This document shows positions 17,663 to 27,669 of a stretch of 64,000 nt of DNA, piece by piece. The notes under the pieces were generated by a model, which did not search any database, was not told the origin of the DNA, and saw only the letters and a program-made list of their open reading frames with translations. Source of the DNA: a virus (taxonomy: Duplodnaviria > Caudoviricetes); IMG/VR virus record IMGVR_UViG_3300028832_000097, positions 64,001 to 128,000 of that record; one strand, written 5' to 3'. Within the stretch, counting starts at the first letter, position 1, and every line of letters begins with the position of its first letter. The translations under genes and the position numbers were made by a program.

Positions 17663-18664
17663 TTAAGTTATGCCCATATCGGCAAGTGTGCAGTTTGCTT
17701 CTAACAATACGTTACCATTCTGGTCTTTGATATCCATTGTATTGAACAAAATAACAACAGGAAGCTGTTCGAGTTGGTAACTAAGACCATCCCAACCAGA
17801 ACCTGTATCATTATATACACCATACTCTGGAATAGTATATGTGCTACCTCTTCCGGAAAACTGTACTGCATATGCCGTATTCACTCGAGAAGTATTTCTA
17901 TATAATTTAGAATTTGATGTATTGTAATAAGGGTTATCTACAGTATTTGTTGTCATACAGATATAGTATCTATTATCTGCCCATAACATGTATGCATCAA
18001 CAACATTTGCATATCCTGTTGGTTTTATGAAATCTTTAGGTTTAGAATTATACATGGCTTGTTCCATGCTAATTATTTGACCATTTCCCCAGTTATCTGT
18101 AAAGAATGGATGACAGCCAGATCCCAAACTAGTAAATTGACTCGGCATACTAAACAAAGTCCCTGAAATATTATCATTGCTAGCATTAGATAACCCACTT
18201 ACAACCCAACCTTCTACACTATCAATAGGATAAAAAATTTCACGCCCATATTGTCCAACTTCGGTATTAAAATTAGATCCGTTCCAGCCAGCAACCCAAG
18301 TAGCGCCGTCACTAAATAAATGCATGTGCTTCAAATGCCCATGCTCAGAAGCAATAGCAGACACAGGATGCATAGCGAAATTATATTCAGATTTTATGAT
18401 GCCTATATACATCATAGCATACCCAGGCTCTACTGGAGGGTAACGAAACCAGCATGCTAACTTGTAATTAGTATTCAAACTTTTCGCAACGCCTAACGTG
18501 TGATACCAATTGTCTAAAAATTGCTCAGGGCGCAATCCTGTATCTATTGCTTGAATCGCTGCGGGCATCTCAGAAATTCTATACTTATCTGAAGTACCTG
18601 TTTTAGCTTGTATAGCAAGTGCGATGTTATTTACATATTCTTCTGTATATAGCTTCTTTGTCAT
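17663..18664 (-). CDS. Tail fibre/receptor-binding-like protein
   Basis: N-terminal IALAIQAKTGTSDKYRISEMPAAIQAI anchor motif followed by an aromatic beta-rich domain. Confidence 0.6.
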   Translation of the reverse strand: MTKKLYTEEYVNNIALAIQAKTGTSDKYRISEMPAAIQAIDTGLRPEQFLDNWYHTLGVAKSLNTNYKLACWFRYPPVEPGYAMMYIGIIKSEYNFAMHPVSAIASEHGHLKHMHLFSDGATWVAGWNGSNFNTEVGQYGREIFYPIDSVEGWVVSGLSNASNDNISGTLFSMPSQFTSLGSGCHPFFTDNWGNGQIISMEQAMYNSKPKDFIKPTGYANVVDAYMLWADNRYYICMTTNTVDNPYYNTSNSKLYRNTSRVNTAYAVQFSGRGSTYTIPEYGVYNDTGSGWDGLSYQLEQLPVVILFNTMDIKDQNGNVLLEANCTLADMGIT

Positions 18665-18677
18665 CTAAATTCCTCCA

Positions 18678-19370
18678 TTAGGTTGACGGAATAGCATCAG
18701 TTACAACTAAATCATTCCCTACAAATATTTTCTTACTAACAGTATCATAAATACAAGGAAAATCTGTGCCATCTTGCACTGTGATAGTTGCACCTACGTA
18801 ATTAGCAATGAGCTGTGAAGTAGCTGCATTAGATATCTTTAAATATTCTATATAAGCCTGTGAAGGAGTTGTACTTAGTCCGCCAATATATCCTACTGTA
18901 TAATTAGTACCACCTGTTGGTCCTGTGTAACTTGCAATTGCAACTTGATCATCTAGCATAATAGCAGTTCCTTCGCCTTCGTAATGTATAGTATGCTCTC
19001 CGGGAGTAAATGCAATTCCGGATCCTTGATTACAGAACCAAAATTGATCTGCATACGTCAACCATGTGAATGCCAGGCGTGAATCCCAACTACCATCAGA
19101 TGATCCAAGTACCACTCCATTGGAATAATAATTTGACACATAGGCCTTGCAGTCAACTGCATGGATGCGGGATTGCTCTGTAGGAGTAGTAAAGGTGCTC
19201 ACCTTAAAATATTTATGCTGCACAATTTCAATAGCACTACCACCTGATGGTATATTATCTATAGCATCGGCCATCTGAGATACTTTGTAAGTAGTAGATT
19301 CTCCATTCTTACCTCGTATTGCGTTTGCAATCGCTTGTATATCTGACTCATTATATAACTTTAATGCCAT
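18678..19370 (-). CDS. Tail fibre/receptor-binding-like protein
   Basis: Same anchor motif IANAIRGKNGESTTYKVSQMADAIDNI; lectin-like C-terminus ending CIYDTVSKKIF. Confidence 0.6.
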   Translation of the reverse strand: MALKLYNESDIQAIANAIRGKNGESTTYKVSQMADAIDNIPSGGSAIEIVQHKYFKVSTFTTPTEQSRIHAVDCKAYVSNYYSNGVVLGSSDGSWDSRLAFTWLTYADQFWFCNQGSGIAFTPGEHTIHYEGEGTAIMLDDQVAIASYTGPTGGTNYTVGYIGGLSTTPSQAYIEYLKISNAATSQLIANYVGATITVQDGTDFPCIYDTVSKKIFVGNDLVVTDAIPST

Positions 19371-19380
19371 CTACTTCACC

Positions 19381-19617
19381 TCAGTAAGATATATTTGTCC
19401 CGTTTACATCAACTGCGACCCAGTTGCCGGATGCATCTACAATGAGCATCTTACCTTGATCTGCAGAAGTAACTGCAGGCAATGTTCCAAATAAGTTGCC
19501 TAGATGCTGTCCGGTTATCTTGTAAGACGCTTCGTCGAGTTCTGCTAAGAACAAACAGCTATTCACAGAAGAACCTTGTGGTATTTCAGTTAGTTGGTCT
19601 AGTTTTAATCTACTCAT
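19381..19617 (-). CDS. Small fibre-associated protein
   Basis: LPAVTSADQGKMLIVDASGNW fibre-type motif. Confidence 0.55.
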   Translation of the reverse strand: MSRLKLDQLTEIPQGSSVNSCLFLAELDEASYKITGQHLGNLFGTLPAVTSADQGKMLIVDASGNWVAVDVNGTNISY

Positions 19618-19620
19618 AAG

Positions 19621-20832
19621 TTATTCTCCATTATTTACAATGTCTATTGAATGATCGTTTGTTAAATCAATATTATTATCATTTGTAGTTACAATATCAT
19701 TATCATTCTCTTCTACAAGTATATCAGGTTCAGCTGTTTTAGTATATTGGGTATTTGTAGAATCCATAACCATTGCATCTCCGACAGAGAACATGATAGG
19801 ATTGATTTGTGGTTTAGGATGTGTATAATCACCAGGGACAGTTCTATCTGGATCAAGTGTATATACATCTGTGGTGTCATCATTACCTTTATCATATCGA
19901 AGATTCCATGCATAAGGTCTATCTGCATCAGGCTTGAGCGGAATATCTCCGTAGAATACTTCAACATCTGTAGGTGTGTAGCCTAATCCAAATATAGGAG
20001 GACGTTCTGAACTTGGGTCATCAGGATCAAGTAGGGCTTTAACAATATGTTCATTGTTACATAACTGAAGCGAAGATAGCGCTCTATATCCTGCGTTAAT
20101 TGTAGGAGTTACTTCGTATTCAGAATTTCTATACCAAGCAGGATCACGCCCATCTGCAGAATTAAGTGTCATTGTATCTTCATCAGTCATTTTCTGAAGT
20201 CTTGCATAATCATCTCTAGTATAGTGGCCAACACGTGTAGGTCCCATAGTTGTTCCAATATCCTTTGTATTAGTTAATCTTGCATCAATCGATATCTTAG
20301 TTCTAGCATCAAATCGTACGCCGGGAGTAGCAAACAAATACATTCCTACAGGTCTAACATATTCAATACAGGCATCTACAGGCTCTTTTGAACTAAAATA
20401 TACTACATCAATATATCCTTCAGCAGTATGAGGTGTAACATATGCAGCATTTACAGGAATAGATGTATCTTCTAAGCGATTATACAGTATATCTTTTTCT
20501 TTTCCATATTCCAGCACGTTAAATTGTGCTAAATTAACTTCCGCTGCAAGCGTTACTCCATCCTTGCTACCACGATTTCGTATCATTGACATGAAATATA
20601 CAAGTACTAATCGGTTGAATGCAGTAGGTAGTCTGTCATCATATTTGAATCCCATAGTGTCGCACAACATCCAAAGTAACCAATCTGGACATTTCAGCGG
20701 ATCGTAGATGTCAGGTAGATTTTCAGTATCATGCTGTATCTTAGATAACGCAGTACTGAACCACCTAATAAATAGGCGAAAATCACTACTTGTTTCATAT
20801 ATCTCAGGTACTGAAACTTCAGATATGTTCAT
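19621..20832 (-). CDS. Baseplate wedge protein (P2 gpI-like)
   Basis: DPLKCPDWLLWMLCDTMGF...IRNRGSKDG...IEYVRPVG. Confidence 0.75.
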   Translation of the reverse strand: MNISEVSVPEIYETSSDFRLFIRWFSTALSKIQHDTENLPDIYDPLKCPDWLLWMLCDTMGFKYDDRLPTAFNRLVLVYFMSMIRNRGSKDGVTLAAEVNLAQFNVLEYGKEKDILYNRLEDTSIPVNAAYVTPHTAEGYIDVVYFSSKEPVDACIEYVRPVGMYLFATPGVRFDARTKISIDARLTNTKDIGTTMGPTRVGHYTRDDYARLQKMTDEDTMTLNSADGRDPAWYRNSEYEVTPTINAGYRALSSLQLCNNEHIVKALLDPDDPSSERPPIFGLGYTPTDVEVFYGDIPLKPDADRPYAWNLRYDKGNDDTTDVYTLDPDRTVPGDYTHPKPQINPIMFSVGDAMVMDSTNTQYTKTAEPDILVEENDNDIVTTNDNNIDLTNDHSIDIVNNGE

Positions 20833-20837
20833 CTATG

Positions 20838-22733
20838 TTATGCTCCTACTATATATTCTTCTGCAATGCGTATGTTATTAGATCCTAACACATCTAAGTA
20901 TCTTGCGAAACTTATTGGGTTGAAGTACTCCGGATCACAATTGTCCCAGACGATTACCGGGTTAGTTAAACTCCCTGCATCAAAATAATCAATTCTATCA
21001 TCCGCTTTTCTTATTATGTTCACGACTTCCATAAGTGTAGGCTTATCACCTATATTGCGATTGGAAGGTGCATAATATAGGGCTAGTGCTTCTTTCACTC
21101 TAGCAACGATATTATTTGCTACGTCCCGACTAACAGGTTTCTTAGGATATATTTGTCCTACTACATGAAATGTAAATAATCTAAGATATCCAAATGCTAA
21201 TTCAACGGACATGGCCTGTAAAGGTCTGTAATCTCTTATTACATTTTCAACAAACTGAATAGGTGGCTTGTATTGCGTAAATACAATCCTATCAGAAAAC
21301 CTTTGAGATACTTTACTTTGAGAAATCTGACTGTTTCCCCAAGAACTATTCTGAAAATCATTGTGAATTGCGAAACACATTGCTGTGTAAGTTTTAAAAT
21401 TGGAGATGAATTTCTTAGAATCTTCGACATTGTATTTCGCATTCAACATCGGAGTCCAATCTCGATTAGGATCACCTTGTGGAAAATCTTGATTGGTGAT
21501 ATACATTTTAGCCTTCTGTATATCGCTTAAGGTAGTATCATCAAATATTGCTTCATTTATTTCTAATGCCTTTTGACAATCAATAACTACGCCACAATCT
21601 ACACCAGGTTCACGATTCAGAAATCTTGTGAAGTCTGGCAAAGTAATTAAGCTGTCCCATGTGTTTATGTAGTTACGGCTAGATACATATGCTTCTTTTG
21701 CAGTTTCAGGGCTCTTACCGGTTACTGTGTAGGTATGAGGTAATTCGACTGTGTTAGAAAGGTTCGATATCAGCAGATCCCCGGACTGCTCCAATCCAGT
21801 ATCAGGATTCTTTGCTGATAGGAAATTACTAAGTACGTTAGTACCTACACACCCAATAACACCTGAACAATCAATCCAATAAACGGTAAGATAGTTATTC
21901 TCATAATTCTCAAGCTGATTCAAGTAGTTACTAACTTGTATTTGTGCATTTGAATAAGAATCATATGTAACTGCGAACCTAGGTTCGGGTACTACAAACT
22001 CTGCAGGGCTCTTACATTGTACCCATTGCGTAGCTAAGAAGCTATCTGCGTTCTGCGAAGCTTTAGCTTTTATCCATATTGCAGTAGTATCAATGTGCTG
22101 AGATGGTACATTTATAATGTAGTTATTTTGTTTGACCTGCTGAACAGATACACTGTAACTACGTAATTCACCTTCGACTGCTACACGAGTAACACTTTCG
22201 CCAGGTGATAATGTAACTTCGTCAGTATCTGCAAATATATTTATTGCTTCTGTAGTAGTTACACGTTTACTGCGGGTATCTTGTGTACCGTATGTATTTG
22301 TCATAGGAAGTATGTTGTAAGTAATTACACGAGATTGATCTGTTATATCTGTATAAGCATTCAATGTTGCGAAGTTAGCGCCATTGAATCCAAAATCAAG
22401 TCGGAAAGTGTAATCAGAATTATTAGTAAATGTAACTTCCGTTCTAGCTGCTGTAAACCATCCAAGATCATATCCAATCAAGCCAAAAAGCTTCTCAGCG
22501 TTTTTCCTCTGAGATACCGAAGGTGCAAATAACTCATTGGCTAACCAATCTAAGTTAACACCTAAAACATCTGCTACACTTGCAAGGAATTTACCAAGTA
22601 CTACACCAGGATCTGCATCGGCTTCAGGCTTCCATAATTCAGTCATAGTAGGAACTATTGCCCAAAAATCCTCCATTATGGATTGATAATCTCGGGATGT
22701 ATACTTAACAACGCCGCGTGTATAATCGTCCAT
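20838..22733 (-). CDS. Baseplate wedge protein (T4 gp6/P2 gpJ-like)
   Basis: YTSRDYQSI, DPGVVL, LIGY, GKSPET, LITLPDF motifs. Confidence 0.85.
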   Translation of the reverse strand: MDDYTRGVVKYTSRDYQSIMEDFWAIVPTMTELWKPEADADPGVVLGKFLASVADVLGVNLDWLANELFAPSVSQRKNAEKLFGLIGYDLGWFTAARTEVTFTNNSDYTFRLDFGFNGANFATLNAYTDITDQSRVITYNILPMTNTYGTQDTRSKRVTTTEAINIFADTDEVTLSPGESVTRVAVEGELRSYSVSVQQVKQNNYIINVPSQHIDTTAIWIKAKASQNADSFLATQWVQCKSPAEFVVPEPRFAVTYDSYSNAQIQVSNYLNQLENYENNYLTVYWIDCSGVIGCVGTNVLSNFLSAKNPDTGLEQSGDLLISNLSNTVELPHTYTVTGKSPETAKEAYVSSRNYINTWDSLITLPDFTRFLNREPGVDCGVVIDCQKALEINEAIFDDTTLSDIQKAKMYITNQDFPQGDPNRDWTPMLNAKYNVEDSKKFISNFKTYTAMCFAIHNDFQNSSWGNSQISQSKVSQRFSDRIVFTQYKPPIQFVENVIRDYRPLQAMSVELAFGYLRLFTFHVVGQIYPKKPVSRDVANNIVARVKEALALYYAPSNRNIGDKPTLMEVVNIIRKADDRIDYFDAGSLTNPVIVWDNCDPEYFNPISFARYLDVLGSNNIRIAEEYIVGA

Positions 22734-22769
22734 CTATAACCTCCAGTAACATTATAATTTAATAGAAGG

Positions 22770-23465
22770 TTATTTACTGTACTTAATAGTATTTCCTTCT
22801 ATTGTGCGAGTGATGTATGTAGAAGATAGTACCACCTTGTCCGCTTCTAATATCTCTGCCTTTGTAGCTCCTAAGAAATATTCTTGATATCCATTTGCAG
22901 ATTCTCGAAGTATTGTATATCTGATAGTAGACGGTCCTTTATCATACTTCAATATGAAATCATCAATAATTACTTTGTTCCAATCAAATGAATCATCTGA
23001 AGTTATTCTAAATTCTACGGCATTACCAAATATAGATATTTTAACATAATTGTCCTTACAATAGGTGTACCACATTTCGTTTAGATCTTCAAAATCCTCA
23101 ATGAGATATTCTAACTCATTGGCAGTGTAAGGGCATTTACTGCCGAGCCCTACATATTGTTTCAAAATGTTCGTGTATTTAAGCTCGCAATAAATATCAA
23201 ATCGCGTTCTATCAGCAATTGTAGGAGTTAATGTGTGTAAGTATTCATACAAACAGTACCAATAAACAACTACACCATCCTCTTTATCTGCTCCAGCGTT
23301 TTCTATAAGAAAATCAATGTCAGTAGGGCAAAGATGCTGTATTCCTCGTGACATATAAGTAGTAGAAGGAACATGTAAATCTACTGAATATAAATTTCCT
23401 GAACGGTCTAACAAATAAGAACCCTTTTGTAATGATATGTTAGCTGTGATATATCGCTTCATCAT
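22770..23465 (-). CDS. Leader-tagged hypothetical protein
   Basis: N-terminus (M)MKRYITAN. Confidence 0.7.
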   Translation of the reverse strand: MMKRYITANISLQKGSYLLDRSGNLYSVDLHVPSTTYMSRGIQHLCPTDIDFLIENAGADKEDGVVVYWYCLYEYLHTLTPTIADRTRFDIYCELKYTNILKQYVGLGSKCPYTANELEYLIEDFEDLNEMWYTYCKDNYVKISIFGNAVEFRITSDDSFDWNKVIIDDFILKYDKGPSTIRYTILRESANGYQEYFLGATKAEILEADKVVLSSTYITRTIEGNTIKYSK

Positions 23466-23980
23466 GTTTGTCCTCCGACTTTATTTATTACATTCAAGAT
23501 ACCTAGGTTTTCATACTGAGCGTACATACTAAGAAATTCCCTTATTATCCTAGATAAATCGTAGTCCATACTATCAATGCATGCAACCATGTTTTCATAT
23601 TCTAATAGTTTTGTTATCTGCGCTTCATAATTTTTATCTGCATCTATCCAAGCATGATAATCGTCGTAGGATCTAGAATCATGATATCTTGATTCAAGTT
23701 TCTTGACCCATTGTGATTCTAATTCAAGCGAAGGACATATTAGCAATACAACTTCCGTGGAATTTACTAGTGCATCGCAAACAGGTTCTAATGCATCAAG
23801 AAAAACGATGTATCCTTGTGCAGATAAACGTGTTGCTACCATTACGTAAGTTTTGACCCAAAGTGAAACGTCAGATCTATCTGCACGGAATGGCCAACTA
23901 TCAAGATCAACATACTTGAATCCGGGATGTTGTTCACAAAGTGTAGTTCTACCAATTCCAGAATATCCTAATACAATCAT
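23462..23980 (-). CDS. P-loop nucleotide-kinase-like protein (variant Walker A)
   Basis: MIVLGYSGIGRTT, YVDLDS. Confidence 0.6.
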   Translation of the reverse strand: MIVLGYSGIGRTTLCEQHPGFKYVDLDSWPFRADRSDVSLWVKTYVMVATRLSAQGYIVFLDALEPVCDALVNSTEVVLLICPSLELESQWVKKLESRYHDSRSYDDYHAWIDADKNYEAQITKLLEYENMVACIDSMDYDLSRIIREFLSMYAQYENLGILNVINKVGGQT

Positions 23981-24010
23981 CGTTTCACCTCGTTGATTCT
24001 AAATGCATGT

Positions 24011-24817
24011 TTAACCCATCTTTGTAAAGTATACACCATCTATGCAAACATATGGAGTACCAAAATTATGATAATGTCCATTTCTAAATGCAAGTACGTT
24101 TCTAGGTAGCGTAGGGCCGTCATTTATAACAGATATTACAGCATTCATACAAGACTGACTTGGTGTTGTATATCGCACCCGACTTGCCGGACTAAATACT
24201 CCAGGTTCATATATTACACTTAGTGCAGATTTGTTGTATTTCAGCATTCGGTTTATAATTACGCTTGCAATTGCTTGTTGACATGAATAACTTTGTGATC
24301 CTGCTTCTAGATATACAAGTGCTGCAATGTCACGAATTTCTGAATCTGTAACCGATACTATAGGTGCAGGCGTAGGTGTTGGAGTTGGAATATATTCATT
24401 CAATCTTTCAATGTCGGACTGCATCTGTTGCATCTGGTTGAAATTATCATTCAATCTATCAACTTGTGTCTCAGCATATTCTTGAATATCACTCATGGCC
24501 TCGGCGTGTTCAACTTGTGTGTCAGCTAACTGCGAAATTTCACAGGCCATGGACGCATAGGTCACAGATGCAGCTTCTGTATCTAATTTTCTCTGCAATT
24601 CAGAATCTTCTAATTTAAAATATAAATTAGTGCAAGTAACTGCGAGTATTATCAATGCACTTGTAAATACAACGTCTTTGAAAGGTATATTTATGTTTGC
24701 TGCAAATCTTCGAAAACTAATTAATGCTAATTCGCATCGTAGGCACATTAAATGTAATTCAGAACGAATATAATTGATGATGAATGTACTTAAACTTGTC
24801 TTAACTATAAATTTCAT
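24011..24817 (-). CDS. Membrane-anchored SleB-like cell wall hydrolase (Hydrolase_2)
   Basis: TM helix, coiled coil, PTPTP linker, IAALVYLEAG...AIASVIINR...VIYEPGVFS. Confidence 0.85.
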   Translation of the reverse strand: MKFIVKTSLSTFIINYIRSELHLMCLRCELALISFRRFAANINIPFKDVVFTSALIILAVTCTNLYFKLEDSELQRKLDTEAASVTYASMACEISQLADTQVEHAEAMSDIQEYAETQVDRLNDNFNQMQQMQSDIERLNEYIPTPTPTPAPIVSVTDSEIRDIAALVYLEAGSQSYSCQQAIASVIINRMLKYNKSALSVIYEPGVFSPASRVRYTTPSQSCMNAVISVINDGPTLPRNVLAFRNGHYHNFGTPYVCIDGVYFTKMG

Positions 24818-24864
24818 ATAAATTTGTTACATTACCTCACATAAAATATAAGAAATATATAATT

Positions 24865-26232
24865 CTAATTAATGCTATATAAAAGTACCATAGATTTTAT
24901 ATTTTTCTTACTATAAACAGCCTTAAGTATAGAATCTTCTAGCTGAACTCGGTATTTCAATCCCGAGTTTTTAATTTGTATATATAACGATTTTATATCA
25001 TCAAAAGCACCAGAATAGTTCAATTCTTCCAATGACTGGACTATTTTAGTTTTTGCTTCTGCAGATATATCAAACATTATATTTTTATTAATAGGTTTAT
25101 CTTTCTTAGAATATTGATGGTGGAATTCGTAAGCTCTGCGACCTAATTCTATAGAAGCTAAACACATGTCAGGTAATCCAGTATCTCGATAGATTAGATT
25201 GCCCTCAAATGAAGAGTAGTTAGCTACTACTTTATATAATCTAATCCCACATCTATCACAATATTTTTCAATCAAAGAATAGAAAATATTTCTATTCCAT
25301 TGGTTATTGACTAATCTATTAAATCGACGACCTCTTCCAGTATCATTAGATATAATTTCTAACTTCTCAATTGCAAATAGTTCACATTTATAATGCTTAG
25401 CTATCTCTACTAGAAATTTAGCAGAATCTATATTTTCATATGTTCTTTTATTATTTAGGTATATACGTTCTATGTCATATGAAGAAATATGAAGAGCACT
25501 ATCAGCAGCGTTAATCTGTCTATTAGATATAACACCGGCATCTATTACTGTCTTCTGAGTAGAAGATACCCAATCTACTACTGACCACCCAATATAATTA
25601 GGATTTAGATCTATAGCAAATACTCTATCAACTTTATGTGACGGGCTAACTTCAGAGAGTTCATTAAATGTGATATAGATGTACTTCAAATCTAGCTTAT
25701 ATGTAATAGGTATACTACAACTGTTCTGTGATGCTATTAACTTCTGTATATCATGTCTATAGTTCTTCCTAAGTTTGGGTAGTTGTAATGTAATATGCGT
25801 GTGTCTGTCCGGCTTAAATAATATCGCACTCTCAGATTTAATTTCAAACTTACGATTACCTAATTTACAAGCTTCTCCAATGGATAATAGTGGTTGCAAT
25901 CTATTTGAATGGTATTCTTGCTTCGATATGTTACCCTTACATCTTTGAATATAGTTGTATCTCCCTCCAAATATTACTTTTGTTCTTCCCCTGAGTTGTT
26001 TAGCTTCATATTGAGCCGAGTTTAAAAAATGAGAATCTATAAACACATTATTCATAGATTTTTGCATTTCAGTAAGTTGTTTAGTAGATAATTTAAAATT
26101 ATTATCGCATAGTCTATTATATGTAAATCGAAGTACATTATTATAGTTAGCAATATACTTACTAATTATATCAAGTGACTCTGAGCTATAAGGTAACTTA
26201 ATTGTTCGTATTGACACTACTATCTTCCTCAA
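24865..26232 (-). CDS. tnpB: TnpB-like RNA-guided RuvC nuclease lacking the Zn ribbon
   Basis: VLRFTYNRL, FAIDLNP (RuvC-I), FAIEKL (RuvC-II), NYSS, LPDMCLASIELGRR (RuvC-III). Confidence 0.8.
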   Translation of the reverse strand: MRKIVVSIRTIKLPYSSESLDIISKYIANYNNVLRFTYNRLCDNNFKLSTKQLTEMQKSMNNVFIDSHFLNSAQYEAKQLRGRTKVIFGGRYNYIQRCKGNISKQEYHSNRLQPLLSIGEACKLGNRKFEIKSESAILFKPDRHTHITLQLPKLRKNYRHDIQKLIASQNSCSIPITYKLDLKYIYITFNELSEVSPSHKVDRVFAIDLNPNYIGWSVVDWVSSTQKTVIDAGVISNRQINAADSALHISSYDIERIYLNNKRTYENIDSAKFLVEIAKHYKCELFAIEKLEIISNDTGRGRRFNRLVNNQWNRNIFYSLIEKYCDRCGIRLYKVVANYSSFEGNLIYRDTGLPDMCLASIELGRRAYEFHHQYSKKDKPINKNIMFDISAEAKTKIVQSLEELNYSGAFDDIKSLYIQIKNSGLKYRVQLEDSILKAVYSKKNIKSMVLLYSIN

Positions 26233-26821
26233 GTTCTTTTCTAATCTTATTAAGTTTTCGCCTATGTGAATATGACTTCATAGTAAAATAATGAATAATT
26301 GAGATTAAATCTTCAGTTAATTCCTGTTCGTATGTTCTATTATCTAAGGCATCATTTAGAACCATAATTTGTGTGCCATAATACTTAAAAATCAGCTGAA
26401 GTGTATCAAAATTAAATCGGGTTAATCTGTCCTTATTTTCAATTACCAACAAGCCAATTTCTCCTTTAACCACTCTTTCAATGAGTTTTTGAAATCCTTT
26501 TCGATCAGCATCCATACCAGACTTTATATCTTCTATCTGCTCATCTAATTCGATGCCTTTACTTATACAGTAATTATATATTCGTAAAGTCTGTTCTTTA
26601 AGTTGATCTTTTTGAGCTTGCGTAGATACCCTAGAATAAGAAATATTAACTTTGTGATTACGATTAAATTTCTGACCCAAGAATTCATATACAGATTCTT
26701 CATCATAATTATATTGACCATTCTTTAATCTATCTACTTTAATAATGCCCGATTTGACATACTTGCATAATGTCACTCTTGAAATACCTAATCTATCTAA
26801 TACTTCATTAGCTTTCATCAT
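26198..26821 (-). CDS. tnpA: IS607 serine recombinase (MerR-like HTH + resolvase)
   Basis: LGISRVTLCKYVKSG; YSRVST..QK.QL..Q; EDIKSG; ENKDRLTRF; QELTEDLISII. Confidence 0.95.
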   Translation of the reverse strand: MMKANEVLDRLGISRVTLCKYVKSGIIKVDRLKNGQYNYDEESVYEFLGQKFNRNHKVNISYSRVSTQAQKDQLKEQTLRIYNYCISKGIELDEQIEDIKSGMDADRKGFQKLIERVVKGEIGLLVIENKDRLTRFNFDTLQLIFKYYGTQIMVLNDALDNRTYEQELTEDLISIIHYFTMKSYSHRRKLNKIRKELEEDSSVNTNN

Positions 26822-26960
26822 GTCACCTCTAATCGTTATACTCTAATATAAGGTTATAATAATTTAGAGATTATTAAAGTTTACTTTATGATTTATATAA
26901 TATATAATATAATTTAATATAAGCTAATTAATATTTGTTTACACAACAATACATTAACGA

Positions 26961-27359
26961 TCATGTGTCGTTTAATTCTACAGATAGATCATCCCCAAAT
27001 ACAGTTCTAAGTCCTACAGTCATCTTGAAGTGATTTGGATGTTCATAAGTGTCACCATCTCCTGTGAATATCAAACCATCAGCAAATGTTGTATCATCGG
27101 CAACTACGCAAGGTTCAAACAATCGAAGTTCTTCGCGTATATTATCTTGCATACGTGCCTTAGTATTCTCATTGTTATATTGAAACATGTACTTTTTGAG
27201 ACCTACACCAAATGTTGGATTATTATATAATTCTGTAGGATCAGAGAGCATGAGCAATCGAGAACGATTCACAATCGACTTATCATCTTCTACAATACTT
27301 ACACAGTTTCGTGTAGGATCAATCAAATTTGGAAAACTCCATGAATTAGTTCTGGACAT
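26961..27359 (-). CDS. Baseplate gp25/gpW-like protein
   Basis: LLMLSDPTELYNNPTFGVGLKKYMF...LRLFEP. Confidence 0.8.
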   Translation of the reverse strand: MSRTNSWSFPNLIDPTRNCVSIVEDDKSIVNRSRLLMLSDPTELYNNPTFGVGLKKYMFQYNNENTKARMQDNIREELRLFEPCVVADDTTFADGLIFTGDGDTYEHPNHFKMTVGLRTVFGDDLSVELNDT

Positions 27360-27360
27360 A

Positions 27361-27660
27361 TCAACCTCCTATGTTGGTAGCACCTGTATAGTATGAACCA
27401 CCGGTTAGACCTATTATTATGAAATCTGTACTCTTTTCATTTGTAGTCATCAATGCAACTACTTCACCTTCTACTGGAGTATGTGGCAATATTACAGAAG
27501 GGAAGAAAGGCAGATCGGCATCTTGAACATAGCCACGAGGGAGTTTACCTCGATAATCATCTTGTCTGAATGGGCCATGAATAGCAGGTATTCGGGTCTG
27601 TACTAAAAATGTACCATCTCCGGTATATCGATAATCTTTTACATATCCATATGTTAACAT
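27361..27660 (-). CDS. Short baseplate spike OB-fold protein (gp5/gpV N-terminal-like)
   Basis: VQTRIPAIHG...DLP...P.EGEVV...IIG. Confidence 0.6.
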   Translation of the reverse strand: MLTYGYVKDYRYTGDGTFLVQTRIPAIHGPFRQDDYRGKLPRGYVQDADLPFFPSVILPHTPVEGEVVALMTTNEKSTDFIIIGLTGGSYYTGATNIGG

Positions 27661-27669
27661 GTTATCTCC

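Larger units (their letters stand above)
24842..26941 (-). mobile_element. IS607-family element (tnpA + tnpB), approximate ends
   Basis: Overlapping serine-recombinase and RuvC genes; visibly more AT-rich than flanks; TGTG present at both inferred junctions (24838-24841, 26942-26945). Confidence 0.8.

Noticed and set aside
17663-19370. Diversity-generating retroelement at the fibre genes
   Set aside because: No reverse transcriptase or template/variable repeat pair is seen in this window.
24820-26960. Cas12f/Cas14 CRISPR system
   Set aside because: No repeat-spacer array is visible, and the nuclease is coupled to an IS607 tnpA.
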